Source: Eledone cirrhosa
Lineage: Eukaryota
Direction of reading: 5' to 3'
Assembly (NCBI GenBank): GCA_964016885.1
Contig: OZ024740.1
Span: 193,688,001-193,752,000 of the forward strand
Length of the DNA: 64,000 nucleotides
Shown here: positions 30,201-43,620 of the stretch, in pieces
Layout of the letters: each line of letters begins with the position of its first letter
Numbering within the stretch: the first letter of the stretch is position 1
Position numbers and translations under genes: made by a program
Notes under the pieces: generated by a model
Databases searched by the model: none
Told to the model about the DNA's origin: nothing
The model's input: only the letters and a program-made list of their open reading frames with translations

Positions 30201-31532
30201 GCTGGGTTATTCTTTTTCTTTTTGTGCTTTCTTTTTTGCTTCTTCGGAGAAGTTGAGGAACTGGTGTCAGGGGACTCTGTGTCAGAGGGGAGTGGGAGTG
30301 TATTTACGGATGTGTGTGTGTATTTGTGTTTGAAAGAGGGGGGGGCTTGGTTGAGCGATAACCTGGGAGGATTTAATTGCTCTTAATGGTGTTGTTTCAT
30401 TTTCTGTTGCAGCTAGTGTTGTCCCTCCTCCCGACACCAATTTTCAATTGGGCGCAAAAGGCTCTCAGGTGTGTGGCTTCCCCACACTCGAAACAATGCG
30501 GCCTTTTTCCCCTCCGTGGCTACCTGGATTTCGTACCTGTCCTGTAGTTTTATGTGGTCCATTATGTATTTTATGTCTTCCGGTATGATTTGGAGAAGAA
30601 TCTACAAACAAGTCCCGGACTACCTCTCTCTCTTTGTAAATTTAACGTCAAGGAGGGGGTCAGAGCCCTCTACCGCCACGCACCGCAGAAGCCACCATCA
30701 ATCCAGTCCTGGTGGAATCCTGGGAACACGGAGCCGTACTGTTCTCCTTCCCATGTAGGATGAGTACAAAATTATTTGGTCCGTTTTGCAGGGGACCACA
30801 GAATTCTTCATAACAAGGGTCTCAGTTTCGAATAGCACCAAGATGCTCCCAAACTGTATATATATATTTTTTTTTGTTGGTGTTATTTTCGTGCTTGTTG
30901 TTGTCGTTGTTGTTAGTGTTGCCGTTGTTGTTGTCGTGGTTCTTGTTTGTGTTGTTGTTGTTATGACTGTTGCAGTTGGTTGTGTTTTTTGGTGTCGCCG
31001 TTGTTGTTGTTCTCAGTGCAGTTTGTAATGTTGCTGTTGGTGTTGTCGCTATTCATTTTCTTGTTAGTGGTGTTAATATCGTTGTTGCATTTGTTGTCAT
31101 TTTTTCTATTGTCACTATATTGGTTGTCGCTGTTACTGGTTGGTGTGGTCATTTTTTTTAAAGTTAGTGTTCTCCTCTGTGTTGTTGTCATTGCTGCCTT
31201 TGTTGATGTTGTTTGTGGTGGTGTTTGTTGTATAAATGTCTGTGTACGCCGTAACCCTCCTTTCAACGATTACGCCTCTGTCACACAACGGCAGACATAT
31301 CGTTGGAGGGCGTGGCTCAGCCATGTCTTTTTTGTTGATAATTTTTTAAAATATAAAAAGTTCAAATATTTGGGCCAAAAGGCCCACATATTATAGTGTC
31401 TCCCCTTCACAGAGCACAGAAGGAAGTCATATGACCCTTTAGCAACAAAAAATAGCAGATACAAATTAAGAAAACAAAACAAATCCAATAACTCACGAAG
31501 CTTCCAATTACACACCTACTCTTGCCGATGAC
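27263..31532 (-). mobile_element. Tx1/L1-clade non-LTR retrotransposon, decayed, RT internally deleted
   Basis: ORF1-like low-complexity region 29780-31324; APE (MDVIAVSE, GGGVAVL, FRLVGVYAP, SYLDRF, YWKLN); KSPGLD; C-terminal CPRC...ETVLHALVQC. Confidence 0.8.
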
Positions 31533-31549
31533 CAATAATAATAATAAAT

Positions 31550-32124
31550 AGGGAGCCAATGCTCAAAGTTGTACTGAAGGTGAAGACAATAGACCAGGAG
31601 GTCCAAGGAGGAAACAACAACAAAGAAAAAGAGCTACCTTCATGAAAATTCCCTTCATAGAACCTTTTTTAAGAAAAGGGAATTCAGAGATCCACAGGCA
31701 TGGAGAAGGTTAAAAAGAGGAAGCTTTAAAAATCTACAGAAGGAATGGTACTGGATGGACAAGAGCAAGTCCTCAAAACGAAGTGGGTCAAACAACATAT
31801 TGACAAGGAGGAGGCTATCTCACTCTGTAAGATCTGTGGAGAGAGGAGATTGTGGCTCGCATCATATCCGAGTGTAAACACCTAGCCCAGACTCACTATA
31901 AAGGCTGGTGGCATGATATTATAGGCAAGGTGATTAACTGGTTTTTATGCAAACTAAATAATTTGCCACATTCTGAAAAGTGGTATGAGCATAAGCCCAG
32001 TGGGTGATAGAAAACTATCAAGTGGAGGTGCTATCGGATTTCAGACAAGAAATTAGAACACAATAGGCCTGACCTGGTGATTTTTGACAAGGATAAAGAT
32101 TGTGCCTTATTGTAGATGTATCCT
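31550..32124 (+). mobile_element. R4/Dong-type non-LTR 3' fragment (family B), left part
   Basis: STEGMV...QEQ, LCKICGE (CCHC), HNRPDLV restriction-like endonuclease; homologous to 40716-41470; follows (AAT)n. Confidence 0.75.
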
Positions 32125-32144
32125 CAGGATACATCTACAAATTG

Positions 32145-34868
32145 CAGATGCGCTGCCGAAAGCGTTTTTCAAAACGTACAGAATCAGACCAAAACGTACA
32201 GAATTTTACTAAATCCGCCAATTACAATCAAAAACACTCTTTTTATACATACTTTTTAAGTTAACAACATTCATTGACAATTTAAACATAAGGGCATCAA
32301 AAAGAAACCTCATCTTCCTGAGCAGATTTTCTGTTGTACCAATTTTTTTCAAATAATGCTTTGCAAAGATGTACATCGGGCTCCCACGTCGTGCATTCGG
32401 TATGTCGTAACAAATATTTCGACCTAACAAGAGCGTTAAGAGTAGAGGTTTTCAAACAATTTCGATTCTTAGTTTTAATAGAGTGGAGAACAGAGAAAAT
32501 TCTTTCAGCCGCTGCGGAGGAGTGGGTAAAGAAAGAAGACTAAGCATAAGAGATGACAGCAGAGGGTAAAGGTTCTCATCGCCACACTTCTCTTGTGAGA
32601 CAGCAAACCAAAATCTTTCTGGATCGTTGTGCGGGATGAAGGAAGAACCTTGAATCGTCAGGAAGCGCCATTCCTGATTTATCTCTTCGTAATCTTTCGC
32701 ATCACAAAGACTTCGAAATCGCATAACAGGTGGAATTGTTGACCTCGGCCTTCCCTCCATCACGTTGGTTGGGTCTAACGCCTCAAGTACCAAATTGTTC
32801 TGTATATTGCAAGACAAAAACCGCATTAGCATTTGATTTGAAAGACAAACAAAGAATCGTAGTATATTCTGTCGGAAGGTCAGCAATTCATTAAGGACAA
32901 TGGTGGTAGAATTGTCGTGTAAAAGGCTCTCAGCTACAGCACCAAAGTAGATACGATCTAATGGTTGGTGTGCCGTTGAATCGTTGTCATTAATCTCACA
33001 CACATTGATGACAGAAAGTAAATCAGGTTTAATGAAATTGCTCAAAATTCCCTTCATTCCAGCTTCGATTGCTCTTTTGAGTTTATGCATCTGATAGCTT
33101 TCGGCCTGGAATTCCAGATTAAGTTTGTTGACGTCGTTTAAAATAAAAAATAGAAATGCAAAAATACATCTTTGTAAGCGGATTCTTCATTTCAGTGAGA
33201 ATTCTTCGAGCCGTAGACGGACTCCTATCCTCTAATGTTGCTTGGGTGAAATATGCCAGCAATGCTCGCAACTACTCTAAAATGCGCCCCACAACTTGCT
33301 TGAGAGACAGCCACCTCGTGCAGCTTGCATGCAGGATTTGGTGAGGATTAATTGAAGCTATTTTCTGCAGAGTTTTGTATTCATTGAACCGCTTAGGACT
33401 TTGACTAAAGTATGCATAAATACTTCTTGTCAATTCTTCCACGGAATTTGGTGATTCATTACACGCTTTTGATGAACATAAGTGTAATGAATGACAAACA
33501 CAGGCTTGCACAAGTAGATCTGGTCTCGTCTGCTTCATTAAATGTTGGACGCCTCCTTTGCTGCCCATCATAACACTCGCATTATCACAGGCGAAACCTA
33601 TCAAATTTTCCAAAGGAATAGCGTATTCGTTGAAAAACGATAGTAGACAGTTGTAAATACCCACAGCACTGCAATCATTTAATTCTATAAGAGTTAGACA
33701 ATCGTCGACAGTCTTTTGAATTTCAACGTCGTAATATCTGGATACAAGGACGAGTTGTTTAAGTGTTGAAACATCAGTTGTTTCATCGAAGATGAGGGAG
33801 AATTTTGTCGAATGAATTTCTTTAATAAAGTGTTGAAGCCATAGGGGCCGATGACGTTTCAAAAGATGGATGTGCCTTTTGTTCTGGCACACTTCACATC
33901 CTGGGTGATTTTAGAATCAGGACAGGCGTTTACAACAAGGCTAGGCAATTGGTCCAAAATAGAGATGGGTAGATTATGGTCAGCAACAAAGCAGAGTACT
34001 TTAATTCAGCAGATACTACTTTCCTGGAGTGTGAAGAAAACGAAGAAGCTTGGATAAAATTTGTCAATTTCGTTGCTTTGTTCGCTTCTTTTGCATCCTT
34101 GCGGTGCTTTTCTGTCTGCTCATGTCGTAAAATTTGACTCAAACTGCCGGCAATTTCACATTTGCAAAATATGCATTTGCCTTTAGTTGTATCGTTCTTG
34201 CCCACTTCAAACAAAGAAGAACATTTTTCATCGTAAGAGAATTTGGACGGAAGCTTCCTTTCATACGATGCCCATCTAACCTTCTTCTCATCTGCTGCTT
34301 TACGTTCATCTGAAGAATGTACTCGTTTCACAGTTCTATCACTCATATCTGGTGCGAGTTAGTTCTATAAGATTTATTTGAATCAATTAAACTATTAAAA
34401 ACATCACATACCGTTTACACTGTAGGTTATAAGAATTCTGCTTTTGTGTTCAGACTGATACGGCGTGGTTGTATAAATTAGCTCTGTAAAATTAAATCTA
34501 ATCTATCAAACTTTTGAAAAAGAATTCACCCATCTTTTACACCAATTTGTGAGAAAAATTCCTGCGTTATGACAGATATGGCGTGGTAAACTGGACATAT
34601 ACTTCCTCCAAATTTACAGACGCCCTTGATCTCATAAGTCAACGCGCGCTTGCATGCACAAGTCTCGTCTGCATTCTCACGTGCTTTTATTTTTGTGAAG
34701 CTCCGAAACGCGCGTATATGAAAATGCATTCAATCAATGCGTCAAAACATGAATATCTATAAACCGATGACAAGATCACTAAAACGTACAGCAAATTCGT
34801 CCGAACGTACAGCATATCAACATTTTGAGAAAAACGTACAGTTTTGTACGAAAGTACAGTCATCGGCA
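32145..34868 (-). mobile_element. hAT DNA transposon inserted in the R4/Dong fragment
   Basis: ctgccga/tcggcag terminal motif, subterminal aacgtacag repeats at both ends, transposase inside. Confidence 0.85.
32380..34346 (-). pseudogene. hAT transposase (ZBED/ZNF862-like), frameshifted
   Basis: BED-like CIFCK...H..TEKH, FSLIFDETTD, GFACDNASVM, CVCHSLHL, TRWLS, dimerisation region LSLP..SAAAERIFS. Confidence 0.88.
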
Positions 34869-34874
34869 GGATAC

Positions 34875-35192
34875 TATCCTGCCCCTTTGACACAAGAGTG
34901 CAAGAAAAGGAGAAGGAGAAAATTAACCAATACCAGGATTTAAAGTGGGAGGTAAAATTTATTTGGGACTGTCATGAGATCAAGGTTGTCCCGATTGTCA
35001 TATGAGCACTAGGCACTATATTAAAGTGTTTTCATGGTTAATTAATATTATTCCAGACGCCTTTTTGGAACACTTCAAAAGGCATGCTTGCTGGGAACAG
35101 CAAGAACACTCCGATACCTTCTGAATATATGAGGCTGCATGTATCTGTTTGATCTTCATTTGCACAAACTTTCCAGTTAATGACTGAGACTC
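34875..35192 (+). mobile_element. R4/Dong-type fragment (family B), right part
   Basis: Resumes SCPFDTRV..KE.EKINQYQDL; ends in (TAA)n 35193-35270. Confidence 0.75.
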
Positions 35193-35193
35193 C

Positions 35194-35249
<56 letters not shown>

Positions 35250-35270
35250 TAATAATAATAATAATAATAA

Positions 35271-36800
35271 TCTTGATCGGGGGAATGTGATAAGAGAACT
35301 TGATCAAGAGGAAACTTACAAATATCTAGGTGTTTGTGAAGGAGACGGAATCAAGCACTCGACAATGAGGGAAAGGATAAGGAAGGAATGTTACCGCAGA
35401 GTAAGAGCAATCTTAAGAACGGAATTGAATGCAAGGAATAGGATCGATGTCATAAACACGCTTGCCATACCAGTAGTAACCTACAGTTACAATGTCATCA
35501 ACTGGTCAAGCACAGAGATCCGTAGGCTCGATACAAATATTCGAAAATTCTTTACCATGCACAGAATGCATCACCCTAAGGCAGATATAGATAGAATATA
35601 TATCTCTAGGAAAGAAGGAGGACGTGGGTTAATCCAGTTAGACATTGCGTTGAAAACTGCAACAATTGGATTATCTACATATCTAAGGGAATCACATGAT
35701 TGGATGATCAAACTTGTTTTGAAACACGAAAGCATCAAAAGATCATACTCCATTACAAAAGATGCACAAAGATACAGTAATGGACTACAAATTTCAGAAG
35801 TCCCATTTACTGCTTAAATGGAAAACACAGAAAACGCAATACAGGTAAAAGTAACTGCAAAGAAAGAACTACTACAGAAAATGGCTAAGAAATGGCAAGA
35901 AAAGCCTCTGTATGGAAAATGCCCAGAAAGAGCTAACAATCCAGATGTTGACAAAACTTTAACTCATCAGTGGTAGGCATCCTCTGGACTGAAATCGGAG
36001 ACTGAAGGACTGATTATATCAGCACAAGATCAGTGTCTGCCAACAAAAAATTACCAAGCCAACATAATAAATTAAGGATGCAACCCATTATGCCGTGTAT
36101 GTAAAAAACAACCAGAGACCATTGACCATATAATTTCAATGTGCAGTCCTATAGCTCCAACCGAATACCTAAACAGGCATGACAGAGCTGCACAATACAT
36201 ACATTGGATAATGTGTAAGCATTTTGACCTGCCCCATCAAAAGAATTGGTGGGAGCATCAACCACCTCCCATACTTGAAAAAGATCACATCTCAATCTTG
36301 TGGAACTTTAGCATCCAAACAGACCGAAAAATAGATGCAAATAGACCTGATATAATAGTGAAGGACTTTAAAAAGAGGGTATGCCTGCTAATTGATATGT
36401 CCGTTCCAATAGACAAGAATGTATCTATAAAAACATTTGAAAAATTGAGCAAGTATAGGGACCTGGAGATAGAAATTGGAAAAATGTGGAAATTGAGAAC
36501 TAAAACAATACCAGTGGTTGTAGGCGCTCAAGGAATGACACCTAAGGGGTCTAATGATTACTTATCGCAAATCCCAGGAAACTCGCGTATAGGAGAAATA
36601 CAAAAGATATTACTAATGGGAACTGCCCATATACTAAGGAAGATTCTGTCAATATAAGTACATCACAAGTCTAAACACTAATGATGCATGTGTGAATATG
36701 TATGTTCTTTCTTGAACATGGCGGACCTTGTTGTCTCTTGAGGTCACTGGTTGTGACTTGGTGATAACTCGTATGAACATAAAGCAAGATAAATGCAACT

Positions 36801-36802
<2 letters not shown>
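35271..36802 (+). mobile_element. R4/Dong-type non-LTR element (family A), 5'-truncated
   Basis: YKYLG, RKEGGRGL, CRVC..QPETIDHI, RHD, ANRPDII, LIDMSVP, KLSKY; (TAA)n both sides. Confidence 0.9.
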
Positions 36803-36866
<64 letters not shown>

Positions 36867-39185
36867 GTGGAGGGAGTGCATACTCAAGATGAAACTCCAA
36901 ATGAAAATAATGAGATCGTAAATGATAAAGAAATGAATGAGAATGAACTTGTCAACTTGAAGGATGAAATTATGATCGAATGGATGAAAATGAAAGAATC
37001 TGACATGGGGCAACGAGACACCCTCCCTAAGATCCAGAACTCCAAACAGAACCAAAAGATAATACACAAGACTAACATAATTCTCAAAAACATTATCATC
37101 ACAAACAAACTCAACATTACTAATTTAAATCATCTCTATTATGCATCGGTTAAAGTCACCAATCAACAAGTGACATAGACATGCTGATAGAAATAATCAA
37201 GCAAAAAGTGTCGGCCAAAGCTGCTCCTATAAGGCGCTTTGTAAAACGATCTAGATTCTATAAGGACAATAATATGTTCAAAAACAACCAAAGAAACTTC
37301 TACAGAAAAATTGGTAAGTCAACAATAACTGCTAAATCAATACCACCCAAGGAGGAAGTGCAAGAAATCTTGGAAAAGATATGGGCCGAAGAAAAAGTTC
37401 ATAACATACATGCCCCATGGATAGACAGACAAATGAAAGATACAGCTCACCTTGAGGAACAAATATGGGAAAATATAACAGTTGAACAGTTGCGCTTGGC
37501 TCTAAGAAAAACCAGCAAATGGAAATCCCCAGGAAAAGACAAAATACAAAACTTTTGGATAAATGCCTTCACAGAGTCTCATGAGCTGTTAGCCCAACTT
37601 TACAATGAAATAGTTAAGGAGCCAGAAAAGTTACCATCATGGCTAGTTAACGGCATTACATTCCTGCTTCCGAAGAATGATGAGACAAACAATCCCAAAA
37701 ATTACAGACCGATAACTTGCTTGACCACAATGTATAAAATGTAACATCAGTCCTAACTGAATACACATATCACCACCTGATAACAAATGATATATTTCCC
37801 ATTGAGCAGAAAGGGTGTAAACGAGGCTCATATGGCTGTAAGGATCAGCTTCTGGTTAACAAAATGATACTGGAAGATTGTCATAATAGACACAAAAATC
37901 TATCGATTGCTTGGATAGATTATAAAAAAGCATTCGATAGTTTGCCACACAGTTGGATTGAAAAATGTTTAGAGATTTTCAAAATATCCCCCGTTGTCAG
38001 GAGGTTTTTGTCATTCAGTATGAAGACATGGAAAACGACACTCCTTTTGAATAGTGAAACAAAATCACTGGAAGCTGGAGAAGTTAATATTAATTGTGGA
38101 ATTTTTCAGGGTGACACTTTATCACCGCTTTTATTCTGCATCGCACTTATACCATTAAGTAAAATGCTCAATGAAACAAAACATGGATATAAAGTCTATG
38201 ACAAAACCATTAATCACTTGTTCTACATGGATGACCTGAAACTATTTGCAAAAAATGATTAACAATTGCAAGGGCTATTATCCACTGTGGAACAGTTCAG
38301 TGATGACATTAAAATGGAGTTTGGACTAGATAAATGCGCCAAAGCAACGTTCACCAGAGGAAAGCTGCTGAAGAGTTCAGACATTAATCTTGATCGGGGG
38401 AACGTGATAAGAGAACTTGATCAAGAAAAAACTTACAAATATCTAGGTGTTTGTGAAGGAGACGGAATCAAGCACTCAACAATGAGGGAAAGGATAAGGA
38501 AGGAATGTTACCGCAGAGTAAGAGCAATCTTAAGAACGGAATTGAATGCAAGGAATAGGATCGATGTCATAAACACGCTTGCCATACCAGTAGTAACCTA
38601 TAGTTACAATGTCATCAACTGGTCAAGCACAGAGATCCGTAGGCTCGATACAAAAATTCGAAAATTCTTAACAATGCACAGAATGCATCACCCTAAGGCA
38701 GATATAGAATACCTAAACATGCAGGACAGAGCTGTACAATACATACATTGGATAATGTGTAAGCATTTTGACCTGCCCCATCAAAAGAATTGGAGGGAGC
38801 ATCAACCACCTCCCATACTTGAAAAAGATCACATCTCAATCTTGTGGAACTTTAGCATCGAAACAGACCGAAAAATAGATGCAAATAGACCTGATATAAT
38901 ATTGAAGGACTTTAAAAAAGGGTATGCTTGCTAATTGATATGTCCGTTCTAATTTGCAAGAATCTATCTATAAAAACATTTGAAAAACGGAGCAAGTATA
39001 AGGACCTGGAGATAGAAATTGGAAAAATGTGGAAATTGAGAACTAAAACAATACCAGTAGTTGTAGGTGCTCTAGGAATAATATCTAAGGGGTCTAATGA
39101 TTACTTATCGCAAATCCCAGGAAACCCGCGTATAGGAGAAATACAAAAGATAGTGCCAATGGGAACTGCCCATATACTAAGGAAG
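36867..39185 (+). mobile_element. R4/Dong-type non-LTR element (family A), RT-containing, internally deleted
   Basis: WKSPGKD, NYRPITCL, AWIDYKKAFDS, GIFQGDTLSPLLF, FYMDD; near-identical to 35271-36645 except a ~570-bp deletion at ~38710. Confidence 0.9.
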
Positions 39186-39186
39186 A

Positions 39187-40697
39187 GAGCGGGACAATCC
39201 TCACGGTGGACTCAGCTTATAGCCGGATCCGTCCTACACGCGACAGCAGGTGTTCGACATAAACCCACAAGTCAGAAATGCTCGGAAACTGGACGAGTGC
39301 GTGCAGGACGGTTTCGTCGCCCTGCGCATATCTCGGACATGCCCGGTTGACGGTAGCTCCATGCCTGTAGAGTTTATCCCGAACTGGCAAAGCTCCTCGG
39401 TAGCACTGCCAGGGATTTCTGAAGTTGTCCATAGGCCCCGGCCCGAAAGTTCTTCTGAAGAAATTGGCTAGTTGATTTTCGTCGACGCCTACAGTTTTCC
39501 CAAGTACGTCGTCGCTCTTCTCCTCCACTAATCCTATATAGAACGCCAAGGTGGAGTTTCCACCGATCACATTGCCCGATTGGTCAAGGGCTGTGAGCGC
39601 CTGAAGACATTCCAGTCTGCAAGCGCTCCCTCTCGGTCTTCGTTTGACCCAGGACTGCCGGTCCGTCAAGGAGACAAGCTGGGGAAAGACGCGTCTAGGA
39701 AACGGCGACAACACTTGATCACCGTCGAGGAAGAGGTGATGTCGTAGCCTCAGCGCGTGTCTACGCATCATTAACCACGGCATGCCCAGCCCTCCATCTA
39801 ACGGGTGTTGACAGCAGATGGACCGCCTGACCATCGGAGCGCGTCCATTCCACAACAAGCGAAAGAGCAAACGCTCCAGCGCAGTCAGGCGAAGCTTAGG
39901 ACAAAGCACGACGGTCAGGCGGTAGTAGATGACGGATGCGATGTACGCGTTAGCCACCTTCGCTTGACCTTTCAGGGGTAGCTTACTCTCTGCCCATTTA
40001 TGGGTGAGAGAAGCAACCCTACTCTCACCACGTTCCAGTTTTTGCACGTCTGGAGTTCCGGACCGAACTAGACTCCTAGCAATTTAACCGTTCGTCTGTC
40101 CAGCGCCCGACGACCATGTTTGGACGGCATGGATCTGCCTCTCCAGGTGCCGAGCTGCAGGCCCACCGACTTTTCCTGGTTGATCATTGTTCCTGTCACC
40201 GCTTCGTATTCTCTTAGCGTAGTGCCGATCGCCTCGACGTGTTTGGCGCTCGACAACACTACGGTGACATCCTCCGCATCCTAGTTCGCGCGGTACCCCC
40301 CTCAACGTCTCCAGTTTGTGCAGTAGTGGCTCGAGAGACAATACGTACAAGAGGGACGAGAGGGGACATCCTTCGCGGACCGAGCGCATGATGTTGAACG
40401 GTTCCGAAAGGTGACCGTTCACTCTCACCACAGAGCGGATGTCGCTGTGCATGGCAGCGATCCAACCTCTCTGAAGACCGGCCCAAAGCCAGCCGCCCTC
40501 AGGACTGCCGCCGGATAACGATGTCGACCCTATCGAAAGCTTTTGACTGATTTAAATTGATCAAGGACCCACCCGTGCCAGGTTCCCTAGCTACCCTCTC
40601 CACGATGTATCGCATGGGTGGAGGTTGTCGTGGATGGATTTGTCTGGAATGGGGCATGTCTGCGCCTCTCCCAACAGACCAACAACGACAAGCTTCA
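39187..40697 (-). mobile_element. Tx1/L1-clade RT fragment
   Basis: SIHDNLH, NQSKAFDRVD, SVREGCPLSSLLY, DGGLGMP, ETVLHALVQ; homologous to 27970-28220. Confidence 0.85.
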
Positions 40698-40715
40698 ATA
40701 ATAATAATAATAATT

Positions 40716-41470
40716 CGAACTGGTTAAAAAGAGGAGGCCTTAAAAAAGCTACAGAAGGAATGCTAATGGCTGCACAAGAGCAGGCCCTCAGAACGAAGTG
40801 GTTGAAACACCATATTGACAAGGAGGAGGCTAGCTCACTGTGTAGGATCTGTGGAGAGAGAGAGGAGACTGTGGTTCACATTGTATCTGAGTGTAAACAC
40901 CTAGTCCAGACTCACTATAAAGGCTGGAAACATGATATGATAGGCAGGGTGATCCACTGGCATCTATGCAAAGTAAACAATTTACCACATTCTGAGAAGT
41001 AGTATGAGCATATGCCAGAGTCGGTGATAGAAAACGATCAGGTGAAGGTGCTGTGGGATTTTAGGATACAGACGGACAAGAAATTGGAACACAATAGGCC
41101 TCAATGGTGGTTTTGTGAAGGGAAAAAGATCGTGCCTGATTGTAGATGTAGCCTCCCATTCGACACGAGAGTGCAAGAAAAGGAGAGGGAGAAAATTAAC
41201 CAATACCAGTTAAAGAGGATTTGGAACTGCCATGAAATCAAGGTCGTAGCGATTGTCATAGGCGCACTAGGTACTATCTCAAAGAGTTTCCAAGGATGTT
41301 TATTAAAGATTTGTAAAGCCCCGCTTTTTGGAACACTTCAAAAGCATGCTTGCTGGGAACAGCAAGAACCCTCCGATACGTTCTGAATATCTGAGGCTGC
41401 AGGTAGCGGCTTTATATTCATTTCAACAAACTTTCCAGTTAAATAACATGAATGACTGAGACTCAAAGAA
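40716..41470 (+). mobile_element. R4/Dong-type 3' fragment (family B)
   Basis: WLKRG.LKKATEGMLMAAQEQ, CRICGEREETVVHIVSEC, LWDF.IQTD..HNRP; (TAA)n flanks. Confidence 0.85.
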
Positions 41471-42091
41471 CAATAATAATAATATAATCAATGTGCTGTA
41501 TTAACTGGCTTACCAATGCACACTGTGAATTTATTTGCCCTAGGTGTCGAGAAGTCACTGGGCATATATCTCAGAAACAATAATGAAAGAAAATAAAAAT
41601 AATAATAATAATATTGCTACTGCTACTGCAATTGTTATAGAGTATTAAAACATGCGCTGAATAAAGTTAGTTAACCAATTACTGCCAGAGTGAAATTTTA
41701 TCATGTCTTTTGTAGACATATTTTGTATTTATTTATATAATGGGAGATATTTTTATGAACACACGTTTCTATTTTTAATGCCTATACTAGGATACTATGT
41801 ATATATGCCCAAACATATATATAATTCTGTTTGCGTATGTATGCCAATGTAAGATAATGATTAAATATTGTTTTTTCCAAACTTTAATCTAAACTTTTAT
41901 TATCATTAAAACGTTTGTAAAAGTATAACATAGTGTGTGGTAATTAAAGCAGTATTGATTTCTATCTTGTGCATTTAATTAGATAGAACGCAGTTAGTTC
42001 CACTGTAGCCACAAAAAAATATTTAAAAAAAAGTAAAGAGAAAATAAATATACGTATGATATGGAGGCATCATTTTCACCTGCATTTCTTC

Positions 42092-42181
<90 letters not shown>

Positions 42182-43489
42182 GAGTGGGGGGGGGGCGTGC
42201 GTGTGTGCGTATGTGTACATGTGCGTGTGTATAATCATAAAACCTATACATATATATGCTTTTAATTTTTTCAGTATTAACTGAGGGCGTATGTTCATCA
42301 CAGTTACAATGTCAAATTGATACATACATAACTGAATTTAATGATAGGCTTCGATTTTGAACATTTAGATAACAGGTTAAAAGTGCAAATGAGCCAGACA
42401 TATGCAGCTGTAGACGTCGTTAGTCATTGATTTTATCGTTTTTATATCAAACTACGTGTTTTTGATTATAATCGCATAAACACAGAAGAGAGAAGGAAAG
42501 GGTAAATTCAAAGAAATCAGTTATGCATGTTCAGCATTGAAATGTATTTTGTTTCTGATGCAAAGTATGGTATCTCAGAAGAAAGAAAGGGAAAGAACGC
42601 ATTGATTTTATTTTCAAAATGGCGCATTTCAAATTTACTAGTAGTTACCGTTAGAGTAGAAGAATGTACATCCAGCAATAGAGGCTGGTTTTAAACCAGA
42701 GAAGCGGAAGTAGTTGAATAGTGCTCAGAATACTACGCAGCTGTCTGATGTCAAGCAACCGTATGATAGAATCAAAGAATTTTGTCTCGGAATAAGTACT
42801 TTTGACTGCTTGTCGAAGGAACATAGAAATACCAAGAGAAAAGTGCAAAAAATTGAGTCAAAATAATCAAAATAAAACAAAACTTGGTGACGGCAACAAG
42901 ACGCTAATTTCCATTTCTCTCATCAACAGAAGTTTTGTCGCAGCAAAAGACGTTTTATTTATCATTTTGTTTTCATTAGCATTTTCTATTTATTCCTAGT
43001 TGTATAGAGATATGCACAATCTACAGTATACACGTAATTGTTTTTAAACCTATTTAAGATTTGTACAATATATCCTAGGTATAGCTAGGCCTTATCTCTC
43101 AACAATTTCATTTTCTTCTTTATTGAGCAGTGGAAATTGTTATGAGTTACTTATTGGGAATGTGTTGAACTGAACTGACATTCTCAAATACAATAACAAG
43201 ATAATCTAAATGACGCTTCTTAACTTTTCGATTTCTGTTACTCGAGGCAGACAATATAATTCAAACATAGTTATTATATAAAACTGTGAAAAACAAGTTG
43301 ATCCCAAAAGCATTTTTTTGTAAGATACAATTTCTTTCTTCTCCCGTAACTCCTGCGGGTGTTGTACTGATACCAAGCAGGCCTGACTACAGCTGATTTC
43401 TTCCAGAGAAGGATTGAAAGTGGAAGGCAGAATGTGCGAAAGCGATATAGAGAAAGAATTGTTCCCAGTGTTCGGCTGTTACATTATGT

Positions 43490-43620
43490 TATCGATCTAA
43501 AAGGATGAAATGCAAAATTGATCTTGGTGAAATTTGAACTCAGAAGGCCGAGAGCCGAACGAAAGTAGACAAAGCATTCTATTCGATATTCTATCAGCTC
43601 TGCTAATTCGACGCAGTAGT
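43490..43620 (-). repeat. Diverged SINE copy
   Basis: atcgatc..aaggatgaaatgcaaa..atttgaactcaga. Confidence 0.55.

Noticed and set aside
30866-31240. Val/Cys-rich and Thr/Asn-rich ORFs
   Set aside because: Degenerate (GTT)n low-complexity region of the Tx1-like element
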